A stretch of 64,000 bases of DNA from Blastocatellia bacterium. GTDB taxonomy: Bacteria > Acidobacteriota > Blastocatellia > RBC074. The notes below the pieces were generated by a model. It did not search any database. It was not told the DNA's origin and saw only the letters and a program-made list of their open reading frames with translations. Location: NCBI GenBank assembly GCA_031409955.1, contig JANNYF010000012.1, positions 25,927-89,926 on the forward strand, in the 5' to 3' direction. Both the position numbers and the translations under genes were made by a program. Position 1 is the first letter of the stretch. Every line of letters begins with the position of its first letter. Shown piece after piece: positions 1-10,400 of this stretch.

Positions 1-69
1 ACAGTCTGGCGAGTCCAGGGAGTCTGGAGAGCCTAGCGAGTCGGAAGCTTAGTTGACTCTCTGGACTTA
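1..69. repeat. Family A intergenic repeat (GAGTCTGGAGA units with inverted GACTCTC copies), upstream of skp
   Basis: Direct and inverted copies of gagtctggaga / gactctctggac seen in the sequence. The same motifs recur at 2638-2725. Confidence 0.45.
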
Positions 70-219
70 GTGAATGCGTTGATATTTTTGCGCCGTCACG
101 TACTTTTCTGCGCGGATTTGCTTCACAAATGCCGGACAAAAGCTGATGATGTTGATGACCCAGACCCCGCAGGCTCCGAAGCGGTCTACGGCATATTCTT
201 GATTGGAGAACCTTTTGTT

Positions 220-867
220 ATGAAGTTTTACTCTCGTTTGTTGTTAGCCCCGACGTTGTTGCTGCTGGCAGTGACAGCGTTCTCGCAAACCCCCACCCCT
301 AAACCGGGACAAGCCGCTCCCGCTGCTTCTGCCGCAGGCGCTGATTTACCGAAACCGAAGATTGCTTTCGTCAACACCGCCGCGTTCGCGGAAGGGATTG
401 GCGAGTTGAAAGTCCTCTACGACAAAATGGGCGCCGAGTTTGCTCCCCGCATGTCCGAACTAGGTTCCATGAAATCGGCAATTGAAGCCAAGCAGGAACA
501 ACTAAACAAAAACGGAGCGAAGCTGACTCCGCAACAGGCCCGCAAGTTGCAGGAAGACATTGAACAATTGACCAAAGAAGGAAAACGCAAACAGGAAGAT
601 TACCAGGCGGACATTCAAAAGCGCGAAGAAGAAGTGACTGGCGCGACTTACGGCAAGGTCAATGAATTTCTGAACAAGTATGTGGCCGAAAAAGGCATTA
701 CTATCGTGTTCAGCACCATGGCAGTCGCCGAAGCCAATCTAATTCTTTACATTGATCCAAAGGCCGAAGTTACGCAGGATTTTATCACCAGTTACAATAA
801 AGCCCATCCGGCTCCGGCAGCACCGCAAACGGCGACTGCCCCTGCTACCGCAAAACCAAAACCATAA
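220..867 (+). CDS. skp: OmpH/Skp family periplasmic chaperone
   Basis: Signal peptide MKFYSRLLLAPTLLLLAV, then a coiled-coil Skp-like body with a KIAFVN start and a C-terminal Pro/Ala tail. ATG at 220; the ORF-track N-terminal extension is rejected. Sits upstream of lpxD as in the canonical skp-lpxD-fabZ-lpxA cluster. Confidence 0.75.
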   Translation: MKFYSRLLLAPTLLLLAVTAFSQTPTPKPGQAAPAASAAGADLPKPKIAFVNTAAFAEGIGELKVLYDKMGAEFAPRMSELGSMKSAIEAKQEQLNKNGAKLTPQQARKLQEDIEQLTKEGKRKQEDYQADIQKREEEVTGATYGKVNEFLNKYVAEKGITIVFSTMAVAEANLILYIDPKAEVTQDFITSYNKAHPAPAAPQTATAPATAKPKP

Positions 868-898
868 CGCTCTTATACAAACTAGAAGGAGAAGAAGT

Positions 899-1522
899 AT
901 GAAAAAGATTTTCTTAACAATTGCAGTGTTGAGTTTGTTGGCCCTCGCGGTCGCTGCCCAAACACCTCGCCCGGCAGGCGGCGCGCCTGCTTCGGGAGCT
1001 GCGGCGCCACCAACTGGCGGCACCGGCGCAGAAGGCAAAATTGCCATCATCAATTCCTCCGCCTTCGACGCTGAAATTGGGGAACTCCGCGTCAAGCTCG
1101 AAGCTCTGGTAGGGGAATTAGAACCCAAGAAAAAAGAAATCGAAGGCCAACAAAACGAATTCACCCGGATCAAGAACGACATCCAAACCAAAGGTGGCAC
1201 CGTCACCGCGCAAGTCCGCGATCAATGGGTCGAACAGGCCACCGATCTGGAGAAAAGAATCAAACGGATGGCGGAAGATTACGAAGCCATGGCGCAAAAA
1301 CGCGTGGGCGAAGCGACCCAACCGACGTATGCCAAGATTAGCGATGCGCTCAACAAATACGCTTCGACAAAAGGCATTGCCGTCGTAATTGACGGCGTGG
1401 TCGCGCAACAGCAACGCTTCCTGTTGTGGGCGCTCCCGACCACCGACATCACGACGGATTTCATTAAAGAGTACAACGCGAAAAATCCGGTTCCGGCCCC
1501 CGCCGCGCCCGCTAAGAAATAA
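899..1522 (+). CDS. skp: OmpH/Skp family periplasmic chaperone (second paralog)
   Basis: RBS aggagaag precedes ATG at 899. Signal peptide MKKIFLTIAVLSLLALAVAA. Same architecture as the upstream Skp (KIAIIN motif, coiled-coil, FIKEYN end). Confidence 0.75.
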   Translation: MKKIFLTIAVLSLLALAVAAQTPRPAGGAPASGAAAPPTGGTGAEGKIAIINSSAFDAEIGELRVKLEALVGELEPKKKEIEGQQNEFTRIKNDIQTKGGTVTAQVRDQWVEQATDLEKRIKRMAEDYEAMAQKRVGEATQPTYAKISDALNKYASTKGIAVVIDGVVAQQQRFLLWALPTTDITTDFIKEYNAKNPVPAPAAPAKK

Positions 1523-1542
1523 CGCGTGCTCACTTTTCAATT

Positions 1543-1594
1543 GTAGGCAGTAGGCAGTAGGGAAGTCGCCCAATTGTCTACTGCTTACTTTTTA
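1543..1594 (+). terminator. Putative stem-loop terminator after skp2
   Basis: gtaggcagtag / ctactgcttac imperfect inverted repeat followed by ttttta. Confidence 0.3.
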
Positions 1595-1611
1595 TAGCGC
1601 ACCAACCAACA

Positions 1612-2640
1612 ATGACCCTCGCCGAACTAGCCAACTTAATCGGCACTGAATGGCGCGGCGCTGGCACGACCGAAGTCACAGGCGTTGCCGCGCTTGGTGC
1701 GACGACCGCCAGCGAAGTGACGTTCATTGCCGACGCGGCAAAGCTGAGCCATTGGCTTGAGCATGTGGATGAATTCGTTGCCGCTGCGTTAATCCTGCCC
1801 GAACGGTTTGCTGATCACGAAGCTCTGACGCAAACGCCGCTCTTGCTGGCCAAAGACGCCAAGCTCGCGTTTGCTCGTGCGATCCACGCGTTTCACGGCA
1901 AGCCCTACGAACCGCGCGGCGTCAGCGCAGATTTGCAACTTGGTGCTGGTTCGACGGTCGGCGCGGATTGTTCGATTCATCCGCGCGTGACGATTGGTCG
2001 TGCTTCGGTGATTGGCGACCGCGTGACCTTGTATCCCGGCGTCGTCGTTGGGGATCGTTGCAAGATTGGCGATGATTCCGTGATTTTTCCGAACGTGTCC
2101 ATTTACGACGATTGTGAGCTTGGCGCGCGCTGTCGCCTGCACAGCGGTGTCGTGATTGGTGCCGACGGTTTCAGCTTTACGCCCGACGAACAAGGTCATC
2201 AATACAAGTTGTTGCAGGTTGGGCGCGTTATTCTTGAAGACGAGGTCGAGATCGGCGCGAATTGTTGCGTAGACCGCGCTGGCTTTGGCGAAACGCGCAT
2301 CCGACGCGGCGCGAAGTTCGACAACTTAATTCAAATCGGCCACAACTGCGACATCGGCGAAGACACCGTCGTTGCTGCTTTGACAGGCTTTTCCGGCGGC
2401 GCAACCGTTGGGCGTAACGTCATCATCGCCGGACAGGTCGGCACGAACCAGCACATCACGATTGGCGACCGCGCCATTGTCACTGCTCGCACAGGCGTCA
2501 CCAAAAGTGTCGAAGCAGGCAAGATCGTCGGCGGTCTGCCCGTGCAAGACCACATGAAATGGCGCAGGCTCCAAGCCCTGATCGCCAAACTGCCAGAGTT
2601 GTTTGCGAGAGTGAAGAACCTGGAAAAAGACAGGTCTTGA
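1612..2640 (+). CDS. lpxD: UDP-3-O-(3-hydroxyacyl)glucosamine N-acyltransferase
   Basis: Left-handed beta-helix hexapeptide repeats (IGDRVTLYPGVVVGDRCKIGDDSVIFPNVSIYDDCELG...) with a LpxD N-terminal region. Conserved position before fabZ-lpxA. Confidence 0.9.
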   Translation: MTLAELANLIGTEWRGAGTTEVTGVAALGATTASEVTFIADAAKLSHWLEHVDEFVAAALILPERFADHEALTQTPLLLAKDAKLAFARAIHAFHGKPYEPRGVSADLQLGAGSTVGADCSIHPRVTIGRASVIGDRVTLYPGVVVGDRCKIGDDSVIFPNVSIYDDCELGARCRLHSGVVIGADGFSFTPDEQGHQYKLLQVGRVILEDEVEIGANCCVDRAGFGETRIRRGAKFDNLIQIGHNCDIGEDTVVAALTGFSGGATVGRNVIIAGQVGTNQHITIGDRAIVTARTGVTKSVEAGKIVGGLPVQDHMKWRRLQALIAKLPELFARVKNLEKDRS

Positions 2641-2725
2641 GAGTCTGGAGAGTCTGGAGAGTCTGGAGAGTCCTATTGCTGCATGACTCTCCAGACTCTC
2701 TGGACTTTATAGACTCTCTAGACTC
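2638..2725. repeat. Family A repeat filling the lpxD-fabZ intergenic: 3 tandem gagtctggaga units plus a perfect 16-bp inverted repeat
   Basis: gagtctggagagtctggagagtctggagagtc ... gactctccagactctc. The revcomp of the second arm equals the first, which predicts an intercistronic hairpin. Confidence 0.5.
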
Positions 2726-2733
2726 AACCCCTT

Positions 2734-3171
2734 ATGGACATTTTAGAAATTCAATCCCTGATCCCGCATCGTTACCCGTTCTTACTGATTGACCGCATTG
2801 TGGAACTCGAACCGCTCAAGCGCATCGTGGCCATCAAAAACGTAACGATGAACGAGCCGTTTTTTCAAGGCCACTTCCCCGGCGTACCCGTGATGCCCGG
2901 CGTGTTGATTATCGAAGCGATGGCGCAGGCGGGGGCGGTTTTATTGTTCCGCGAAGTCCCCGACCGCGCAAACAAACTCATGTATTTTGCCGCCATCGAA
3001 TCAGCCCGCTTTCGCAAACCCGTCACACCTGGCGATCAATTGCGGCTCGAAATTGAGGTGATTAAGTATCGCAGCGGCTACGGCAAATTGAGCGGGAAAG
3101 CCTACGTGGACGGCGCGGTCGTTTGCGAAGCCATTGTCACGTCCGTCACGACCGATAAGCCGAAGGCATAA
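2734..3171 (+). CDS. fabZ: 3-hydroxyacyl-ACP dehydratase
   Basis: Hot-dog fold motifs [13 protein letters not shown] and [23 protein letters not shown]. Confidence 0.9.
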   Translation: MDILEIQSLIPHRYPFLLIDRIVELEPLKRIVAIKNVTMNEPFFQGHFPGVPVMPGVLIIEAMAQAGAVLLFREVPDRANKLMYFAAIESARFRKPVTPGDQLRLEIEVIKYRSGYGKLSGKAYVDGAVVCEAIVTSVTTDKPKA

Positions 3172-3234
3172 ATATGCGGTTTGATAGGTGTGATTGGTTT
3201 GCCTTCCAATCCGCACTCCGCATTCTGCACTCCT

Positions 3235-4005
3235 ATGCTCCATCCCACCGCCATCATCAGCCCCAGCGCCACCATTGGCAACAATGTCTCCATCGGCCCC
3301 TATTCATTGATCGGCGATCACGTCACCTTGCACGATGAAGTCAACATCGCCGGGCACGTCGTCATCGAAGGCCCGTGCGAAATCGGCAGTGGCACCCAGA
3401 TTTTCCCCTTCGCTTCCATCGGACAACCACCACAGGATTTGAAGTTCGCAGGCGAAGAAACCCGCCTCATCATCGGCGAGCGCAACGTGATCCGCGAATA
3501 TGTGACGATGAATCGCGGCACAGCGGGCGGCGGCGGCCTGACTTCGATAGGCAACGACAATTTGTTTATGGCGCAAGCCCACATCGCCCACGATTGTCAC
3601 GTCGGCTCGCACACCGTCTTTGCCAATGCAGGCACGTTAGCCGGTCACGTCGAAGTCGCCGACCACGCCACCATCGGAGCCTACAGCGCCGTGCATCAAT
3701 TCTGTCGTGTTGGGAGGCACGCATTTGTCGGCGGTTTTTCGGTCGTCGTGAAAGACGCGTTGCCCTACGCGCGCACGGTCGGCAATCACGCCAGTTGTTA
3801 CGGCGCGAACGCGATTGGCCTGCGCCGCAAAGGCTTCTCGAACGAAGAAATCCGCCACATCCAACACGCCTTCCACATTTTGCTCACCTCCAAGCTCAAC
3901 ACTACGCAAGCCCTTGAACGATTGAAGGCTGAAATGACGGGGCTGCCAGAGATTGATTACTTGATTGAGTTCATCGAAACTTCGTCGCGCGGCGTGGTCA
4001 AATGA
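3235..4005 (+). CDS. lpxA: Acyl-ACP--UDP-GlcNAc O-acyltransferase
   Basis: MLHPTAIISPSATIGNNVSIGPYSLIGDHV hexapeptide repeats with a LpxA C-terminal helical domain. ATG at 3235 is chosen over the upstream TTG. Confidence 0.9.
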   Translation: MLHPTAIISPSATIGNNVSIGPYSLIGDHVTLHDEVNIAGHVVIEGPCEIGSGTQIFPFASIGQPPQDLKFAGEETRLIIGERNVIREYVTMNRGTAGGGGLTSIGNDNLFMAQAHIAHDCHVGSHTVFANAGTLAGHVEVADHATIGAYSAVHQFCRVGRHAFVGGFSVVVKDALPYARTVGNHASCYGANAIGLRRKGFSNEEIRHIQHAFHILLTSKLNTTQALERLKAEMTGLPEIDYLIEFIETSSRGVVK

Positions 4006-4023
4006 CGCTGCAACCGAAAAGCC

Positions 4024-5052
4024 ATGAAAGCCCCGAAAAATAAAGCTACAACCGAAGCCCCCTCCGATCAGGACAATGCATGGAAAGAGTTGCTTGACCT
4101 GCATTTCCGCGAGTTCATGGAGTTCTTCTTTCCGGCCATTGCTGCTGAAATCAACTGGGCGCGCCAGCCCGTGTTTCTCGACAAAGAATTGCCGAAGCTC
4201 GAACCTGCCAACACGTCGGGCGCGCGCATTGCGGACAAGCTGGCGCAAGTGTGGCGGCTCGATGGTGGCGAAATTTATGTGATGTTGCACAGCGAAATTC
4301 AAGGACGCGCAAGAGCGGAATTCAATCGTCGCATGTACGTGTATAACTACCGCATCAGCGACCGCGACAAAGCGGAAGTCGTGAGCCTCGGCGTCGTCAC
4401 TGGCAGCGTTAAGAATGTTGCGTTGGGACGCTACGAAACCGAACGCTGGGGCTGTCGGTTGGTGTTTGAGTTTCCGGTGGTGAAAATCACAGACTGGCGT
4501 GGGCGCGAAGCAGAACTGGAAAACAGCCGCAATCCGTTTGCGCTGGTGGTGCTGGCACAATTGAAATTGCTGGCAATCAAAGGCAAGCCTGAGCGAAAAT
4601 ACGCGGCGAAACGCGACTTGATGTTGCTGCTCTTGCAAGCAGGTTATAACAAGGACTACATTCGATCCCTGCTGCGCTTCCTGGATTGGATTATCCGCTT
4701 GCCCAAAGAAGTAGAAGCGCAATTGCAATTTGAGATCGAAAAAAAGACGAAAGGAAAAGCTATGCCATACGTGACAAGTTGGGAACGAAGAGGGATGGAA
4801 CGCGGTCAGGAAATTGGTCAGAAAATTGGTCAGAAAATCGGTCAGAAAATCGGAGAAGAGATTGGCAAGGAAAAAGGCCAGAAGGAAATGTTGCTCCAGT
4901 TGCTGAGGTGGAAGTTCGGCGAACTCGAAACGGAAGTCGCCGCCAAAATTGAGCAACTGCCAGTCTCGCGCCTCAACCGATTGGCCAAAGCCTTGCTGAA
5001 TTTTACGAAGCCGACTGACCTGACGCGCTGGCTCGACCGGAATGCAGGTTGA
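4024..5052 (+). CDS. Rpn/YhgA-like PD-(D/E)xK recombination-promoting nuclease (putative transposase family) with C-terminal DUF4351
   Basis: D...EIQ catalytic core (DGGEIYVMLHSEIQ). Internal GQKIGQKIGQKIG tandem peptide repeat encoded by ggtcagaaaatygg x3. C-terminal LLRWKFGELETEV...LTRWL matches DUF4351. The gene is not part of the conserved lpx cluster. Confidence 0.6.
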   Translation: MKAPKNKATTEAPSDQDNAWKELLDLHFREFMEFFFPAIAAEINWARQPVFLDKELPKLEPANTSGARIADKLAQVWRLDGGEIYVMLHSEIQGRARAEFNRRMYVYNYRISDRDKAEVVSLGVVTGSVKNVALGRYETERWGCRLVFEFPVVKITDWRGREAELENSRNPFALVVLAQLKLLAIKGKPERKYAAKRDLMLLLLQAGYNKDYIRSLLRFLDWIIRLPKEVEAQLQFEIEKKTKGKAMPYVTSWERRGMERGQEIGQKIGQKIGQKIGEEIGKEKGQKEMLLQLLRWKFGELETEVAAKIEQLPVSRLNRLAKALLNFTKPTDLTRWLDRNAG

Positions 5053-5107
5053 GATCACGACCACTCAATCCACAGCATACAAATGTTCGCTTTCAGGAGG
5101 AAAATCT

Positions 5108-7363
5108 ATGCAACCCCGTCTGCTTTGTTTGTTTGTTTCACTCTTCACCGTTTCTCTCTTATTCGCTTATCACGGCACGGCCAAAATGGAGATTCTGCAA
5201 GTCGAACTCCAACCACTCGCCGCACAAGCCAAACGCTTGATCGAAACGCTCAATTATCTCGGCGCGCCGCTCAGCAATGCCGATAAACAGGCGCTCGAAC
5301 GCGCGAGTGCGCAAACCGATGCGGCCAACGCGACGCGGCAAATCCAAGACATCCTTGACAAACATTGCCTCTACGAAATTCACATCAACCCGGAAAGTCG
5401 CGTCAAAGTCACACAAGCAAAAGCCAAGCCCGAACTCGTCGAAAACGGTTGGCGCACGTTCCTCATCAAAGTCCACAACGAGGCCGGCGTGACCGCAGAA
5501 CTCAAAGCCGAAAGCACGAATGCGCTGAAAGTTTATGTGGGCAGCAAAGGAAGCCCGAATCCGGCGCAAACCATCAAGCCGAGCGATGTGCGCGACCGCT
5601 GGCTGGATTTGAGTTTGTACACCAAACCGCCGATGAAACCGCAATTATCGGGCTTAAATCTCGAATACAAAATCATTCAACTCTACAGCCGCGATGTCGG
5701 CAAACGCGAAGCCAAAGTCAGTTTCAATGTCGGGCAAGGTTCGCAAGACATCGGCTTTCGCAACGACGCCGATATTTTGTTTACGTGTTTGCCTTCGACT
5801 GAAATTACGTTGAATGTGCTAGACGAAAAAGGTAAGCCAACGACCGCTTCGTTTATCATTCGCGACAAGCTGGGCAACGTGTATCCATCGCAGGCGAAAC
5901 GGCTCGCGCCCGACTTCGCGTTTCATCCGCAGATTTATCGCAGTCACGGCGAGAAGGTGAAATTGCCTGTGGGCGAATACTTGATTGAATTCACGCGCGG
6001 CCCGGAATATTTGGTCAAAACACAAACTGTCAACGTCGTCGCAGGCAGGCCGCAGACGTTGAATTTCAAACTCGAACGCTGGATTGACCTCGCCAAATTA
6101 GGCTGGATTTCGGGCGATCATCACATTCACGCGGCGGGTTGTATGCACTACGAAACGCCGTCGCAGGGCGTGCAGCCCGAGGATATGATGCGCCACATTC
6201 TCGGCGAAGATTTGAAGATCGGCAGCGTGTTGACGTGGGGGCCGTGCTATTACTATCAAAAGCAATTTTTTGAAGCCAAAGATCATAAGCTGTCGCAACC
6301 CGATTACCTGATGCGGTATGACCTGGAAGTCTCCGGCTTTCCGTCGAGCCACGCCGGGCATCTCGTGATGCTGCGGCTGAAAGAGCAGGATTATCCGAAC
6401 ACCAAAGTCATCGAAGATTGGCCGACGTGGGATTTGCCGGTGTTGCAATGGGGCAAAGCCCAAGGCGCAGTCGTCGGCTTTGCGCATTCAGGCTTTGGCT
6501 TAGCAATCAACGCGGACAAATTGCCGAGTTATGAAGTACCCAAGTTTGACGGCATCGGCGCGAATGAATACATCGTAGACGTGACGCACGACGCGGTGGA
6601 TTTCATCTCGACCGTAGACACGCCTGCGCTGTGGGAACTGAACATCTGGTATCACACGTTGAATGTCGGTTTTCGCACGCGCATCAGCGGCGAGACTGAC
6701 TTCCCGTGCATTTACGGCGAGCGGGTTGGCTTGGGTCGCAGCTATGTCAAGCTTGATGGCAAGTTGAATTACGAAGCCTGGGTGGAAGGCATCAAAGCCG
6801 GGCGCAATTACGTGTCCGATGGCAAGAGTCATTTGCTCGACTTTGCCGTCAACGGCGTGCTGATGGGCCTGAACAACAGCGAAGTGAAATTGACAAAGTC
6901 CGAAACCGTGCGCGTGACGGCGAAAGTTGCTGCGCGTTTGGACGCACAACCGAATGACGCGATTCGCAACTTGCGCAAGCCGTTTTGGGATTTGGAACGG
7001 TCGCGCATCGGACAATCACGCGAAGTGCCAGTGGAGTTGATCGTTAACGGGGAAGCGGTGGCGCAGAAAATGATTGTGGCCGATGGTCGCATTCAGGATT
7101 TGCAATTTGAGATTCCGATTGCGAAAAGCAGTTGGGTCGCGCTGCGTGTATTGCCTTCGTCGCACACGAACCCAATCTTCGTCCTCGTCAACAATCAACC
7201 GATTCGCGCATCGCAGCAAAGCGCCGAATGGTGCTTGAAAGCGGTGGATCAATGCTGGACGCAAAAAGCGCCGAAGATTTCGGCCAAGGAGCGCGGTGAT
7301 GCCGAAAAAGCTTACGAGCACGCGCGGCAGGTCTATCAGAAAATTCTCGCCGAAAGTAGGTAG
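5108..7363 (+). CDS. Secreted hypothetical protein, possible PHP/CehA-McbA-like metal-dependent hydrolase
   Basis: RBS aggagg precedes ATG at 5108. Signal peptide MQPRLLCLFVSLFTVSLLFA. GDHHIHAAGCMHY plus later His/Asp motifs (SHAGH, FAHSG, THDAVD) resemble a PHP-domain metal site. The family assignment is tentative. Confidence 0.5.
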   Translation: MQPRLLCLFVSLFTVSLLFAYHGTAKMEILQVELQPLAAQAKRLIETLNYLGAPLSNADKQALERASAQTDAANATRQIQDILDKHCLYEIHINPESRVKVTQAKAKPELVENGWRTFLIKVHNEAGVTAELKAESTNALKVYVGSKGSPNPAQTIKPSDVRDRWLDLSLYTKPPMKPQLSGLNLEYKIIQLYSRDVGKREAKVSFNVGQGSQDIGFRNDADILFTCLPSTEITLNVLDEKGKPTTASFIIRDKLGNVYPSQAKRLAPDFAFHPQIYRSHGEKVKLPVGEYLIEFTRGPEYLVKTQTVNVVAGRPQTLNFKLERWIDLAKLGWISGDHHIHAAGCMHYETPSQGVQPEDMMRHILGEDLKIGSVLTWGPCYYYQKQFFEAKDHKLSQPDYLMRYDLEVSGFPSSHAGHLVMLRLKEQDYPNTKVIEDWPTWDLPVLQWGKAQGAVVGFAHSGFGLAINADKLPSYEVPKFDGIGANEYIVDVTHDAVDFISTVDTPALWELNIWYHTLNVGFRTRISGETDFPCIYGERVGLGRSYVKLDGKLNYEAWVEGIKAGRNYVSDGKSHLLDFAVNGVLMGLNNSEVKLTKSETVRVTAKVAARLDAQPNDAIRNLRKPFWDLERSRIGQSREVPVELIVNGEAVAQKMIVADGRIQDLQFEIPIAKSSWVALRVLPSSHTNPIFVLVNNQPIRASQQSAEWCLKAVDQCWTQKAPKISAKERGDAEKAYEHARQVYQKILAESR

Positions 7364-7442
7364 CTTCTTTGCTCTTCCGAAAAGTCGGAGTACTATCCAG
7401 CCAAGCGGCTAAAATTCAACAAACTGAATACTGGAGGAACCC

Positions 7443-10400
7443 ATGCGTTTATTAACCCTGCTCGCGCTCCTTTGCTGTTGCCACTTGGCCTTTGCCCAAA
7501 CCAATGCAGCCCTTTCTGGCACAGTCACCGATAAAACCGAAGCAATGATTCCTGGGGCGACCATCATCGCCGAACACGTTAAGACAGGCGTCAAAAACAC
7601 GACGACTTCGAACGATTCAGGCGTGTACTCGTTTCCGACGTTGCAACCGGGCGTGTACCAAATCTCAGCAGAAAAACCAGGCTTCAAGAAATTGGTCATG
7701 ACGAATTTCGGCTTGGAAATCTCGGCGCGCGCGAGCCTCAATCTGGCGCTCGAAGTTGGCGAGATTACGGAAAGCTCTGTCAACATCAGTGCCGCTGTTG
7801 ATACCGCGCTGGCGCTCGGCACAAATTCTGTGGGCGGCGTCATCAATGGACAGAAGGTGCAAGAACTGCCCTTGCCCGGACGCGATGCGTTGGGCTTGGT
7901 GTTGACCCAGGCGGGGCTGGTGGGCAGCAACTTTGCGGGCGCGCGCATCGGCACGCTGAACGTCTCGCGCAACGGCATCAATGTGATGGATCAGCGCATC
8001 AATTCCGGCGTGAACTCTACGTTTTTTAATAGCGTGGATACAGTGGATGAAGTCAAAGTTATTACGTCCCCCGCTGACGCCGAATACGGGCGCGGCTCCG
8101 GGCAGGTTCTGATTACGACCAAATCCGGCGGCAATCAATTTCACGGCAGCGTCTTCAACTTTCATCGCAATACCGCGCTGAATGCTAACACGTGGTTCAA
8201 TAACCTGCAGGGCATTCCGCGCAATACGTTGATTCGCAATAATTATGGCGGACGATTGGGCGGTCCGATCTGGTTTCCCAAGAAAGCCTTTGGCCCCATG
8301 AACTATGACGGACGCAATCGCAGCTTCTTCTTCGTTGCCTTTGAAGGCACGCGCGAACGAGCGAAAGCACCAACGACGGTCACTGTCTTCACACCAACGG
8401 CCAAACAGGGAATTTACCGCTTTTATCCTGGCGTCCGAAACGGCAATGCCAATGCGGCGGTGCCGACCGTTGATTTGTCCGGGAATCCGATCAAGCCCGC
8501 AACAGCGACAGGCGACTTGCAAGCCATCAACCTCTTTGGACGTGATCCGCTGCGTTCGCGTCCTGATCCCACGGGGCTGGTGCAAAAACAACTGGCCGCG
8601 ATGGCACTTCCGAATAACTATCGCTTTGGTGATGGGCTGAACACCGCTGGGTATACGTGGGTGCGACCCTTCACGTTTGATTCCAATCAATTGACGATGC
8701 GCTTCGATCATCAATTCACCTCGAGTCATCGCGTCTCGGTGGAATACCTGCGCGAAACAAATGGCGGATTGAATCAATTCCTGGCGCAACCGTTGCCGGA
8801 TTCGCCGGGCGGGTCGTATCAAGACAACACGAATTTTTATTCGATCTCGTACATTGCTACGCTTTCGCCCCGGTTAGTCAACGAAGTACGCGGCGGTGCT
8901 TCCCGCACATTGATTCGCTTTGAAGCGCCGTGGGAGTCGTCAAGCGGGCGTGCTTTTTTACCCTCGTCAAATAATCAAATCTATGTGCCGGTCTACCTTT
9001 CGGTCACGACGCCCATCAATCAAAGCAACGATCCGCAAGGCCGGATTTCGCCTCTCTATCAATACAGCGACACAATCACCTGGTTGCGCGGCAAGCACAA
9101 TTTCAAAGGTGGCGCAGAGGTTCGCTTTGCCAGCACGAACGGCTTTAATTCCTTTACGGTGTTGCCGCGTGCGGCGATTGGAGTGGGCGGCCCTGCCATT
9201 ACCAATATTTCCACTATCCCAAACATTGGATTGAATTTGGGAGGGGCGCAAAACATGCTGAATGATTTGACCGGCTCGCTCTCGACGATTCAACAAGCCT
9301 TCAATTCGCCCGGCGGACAATCCCCGACCTTCCTCGCTGGCGAAGGCAAACAACGCACGTGGCGGCAGCGTGAATTCAGTTTGTTTTTCAAAGACGATTA
9401 CAAAGTGAGACCAAATCTGACGCTGAATCTGGGCGTGCGTTACGAATATTACGGCGTTCCGTGGGAGGCCAACGGCAAGACGGCGGGACTCGTCAATGGC
9501 TCCGCTGGCATCTTCGGAATTTCCGGGACAGGCTTTGCCGATTTGTATCAACCGGGCCGCAACAACGGGCAATTGACGCAAATCAAATTGGTCGGCAAAA
9601 AATCGCCGAATGGGGGCGAACAACTCTACCGTGACGATTGGAATAATTTTGCGCCAGCGGTCGGATTGAGTTGGTCACTGCCGTGGTTGGGACGAGATAA
9701 GACGGTACTGCGCGTGGGCTACGGTATTGGATATGAACGCAATTCGCTGCGGTTATTGGATGTCGTCGCGGGCGATCAACCGGGCTTGCGCACGGTGACG
9801 ACTTTTCGGCAAACCGCCTATCTGGATTTGTCCAAAGTGGTCTTGCCGCTCACGCCCGACGTGGCCCCGTTGACGACTGTGCCGTTGACGGATCGCACAC
9901 AAACTGTCCGCGCATTTGATTCCAACCTGCGCACCCCGTATGTCCAGAATTGGAATCTCTCGATCCAGCGCCAATTGTCATCCAACTTCGCGTTGGATGT
10001 ACGGTATGTCGGCAACAAAGGGACCAAGCTGATTCGCGGCGCGAATATCAACGAAGCCAATATCTTTGAGACGGGGATTCTGGAAGCCTTCAATGCCGTG
10101 CGCGCAGGCGGGACGCATCCATTTTTGGAAAACATGTTTCGCGGTTTGAATCTCGGTTCTGGTGCTATCAACGGTACAACGGTTACAGCAGGGCAATCGC
10201 TCCGCGCTAGCACGCAAACGCAAGGGTTTTTTGCGAACGGCAATGTAGGCGGTTTTGCCAACTTCGTGAACAGCACCAATCTGTTCACGGGCGTGGCGGG
10301 AGGGTTGTTGCGCCGCGCAGATTTGCCGGAAAACTTTATCGTTGGCAATCCGCAATTCGCAGCGGCGAATCTGACGGGGAACTACGCGAACTCCACCTAT

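Noticed and set aside
70-219. N-terminal extension of the first skp ORF (MNALIFLRRH...)
   Set aside because: No RBS, and the real signal peptide begins at the internal ATG 220. The upstream part overlaps the family A repeat.
2641-2700. Possible CRISPR array (short tandem repeats gagtctggaga)
   Set aside because: Units are contiguous with no spacers and only 11 nt long, and no cas genes are present. The other repeat families are hairpins, not repeat-spacer arrays.
3637-5064. 475-aa minus-strand ORF
   Set aside because: Antisense shadow of lpxA and the Rpn-like gene in GC-rich DNA. No domain signal. Overlaps two well-supported genes.
7665-8822. 385-aa minus-strand ORF
   Set aside because: Shadow ORF inside the TonB receptor gene (7443-11219).
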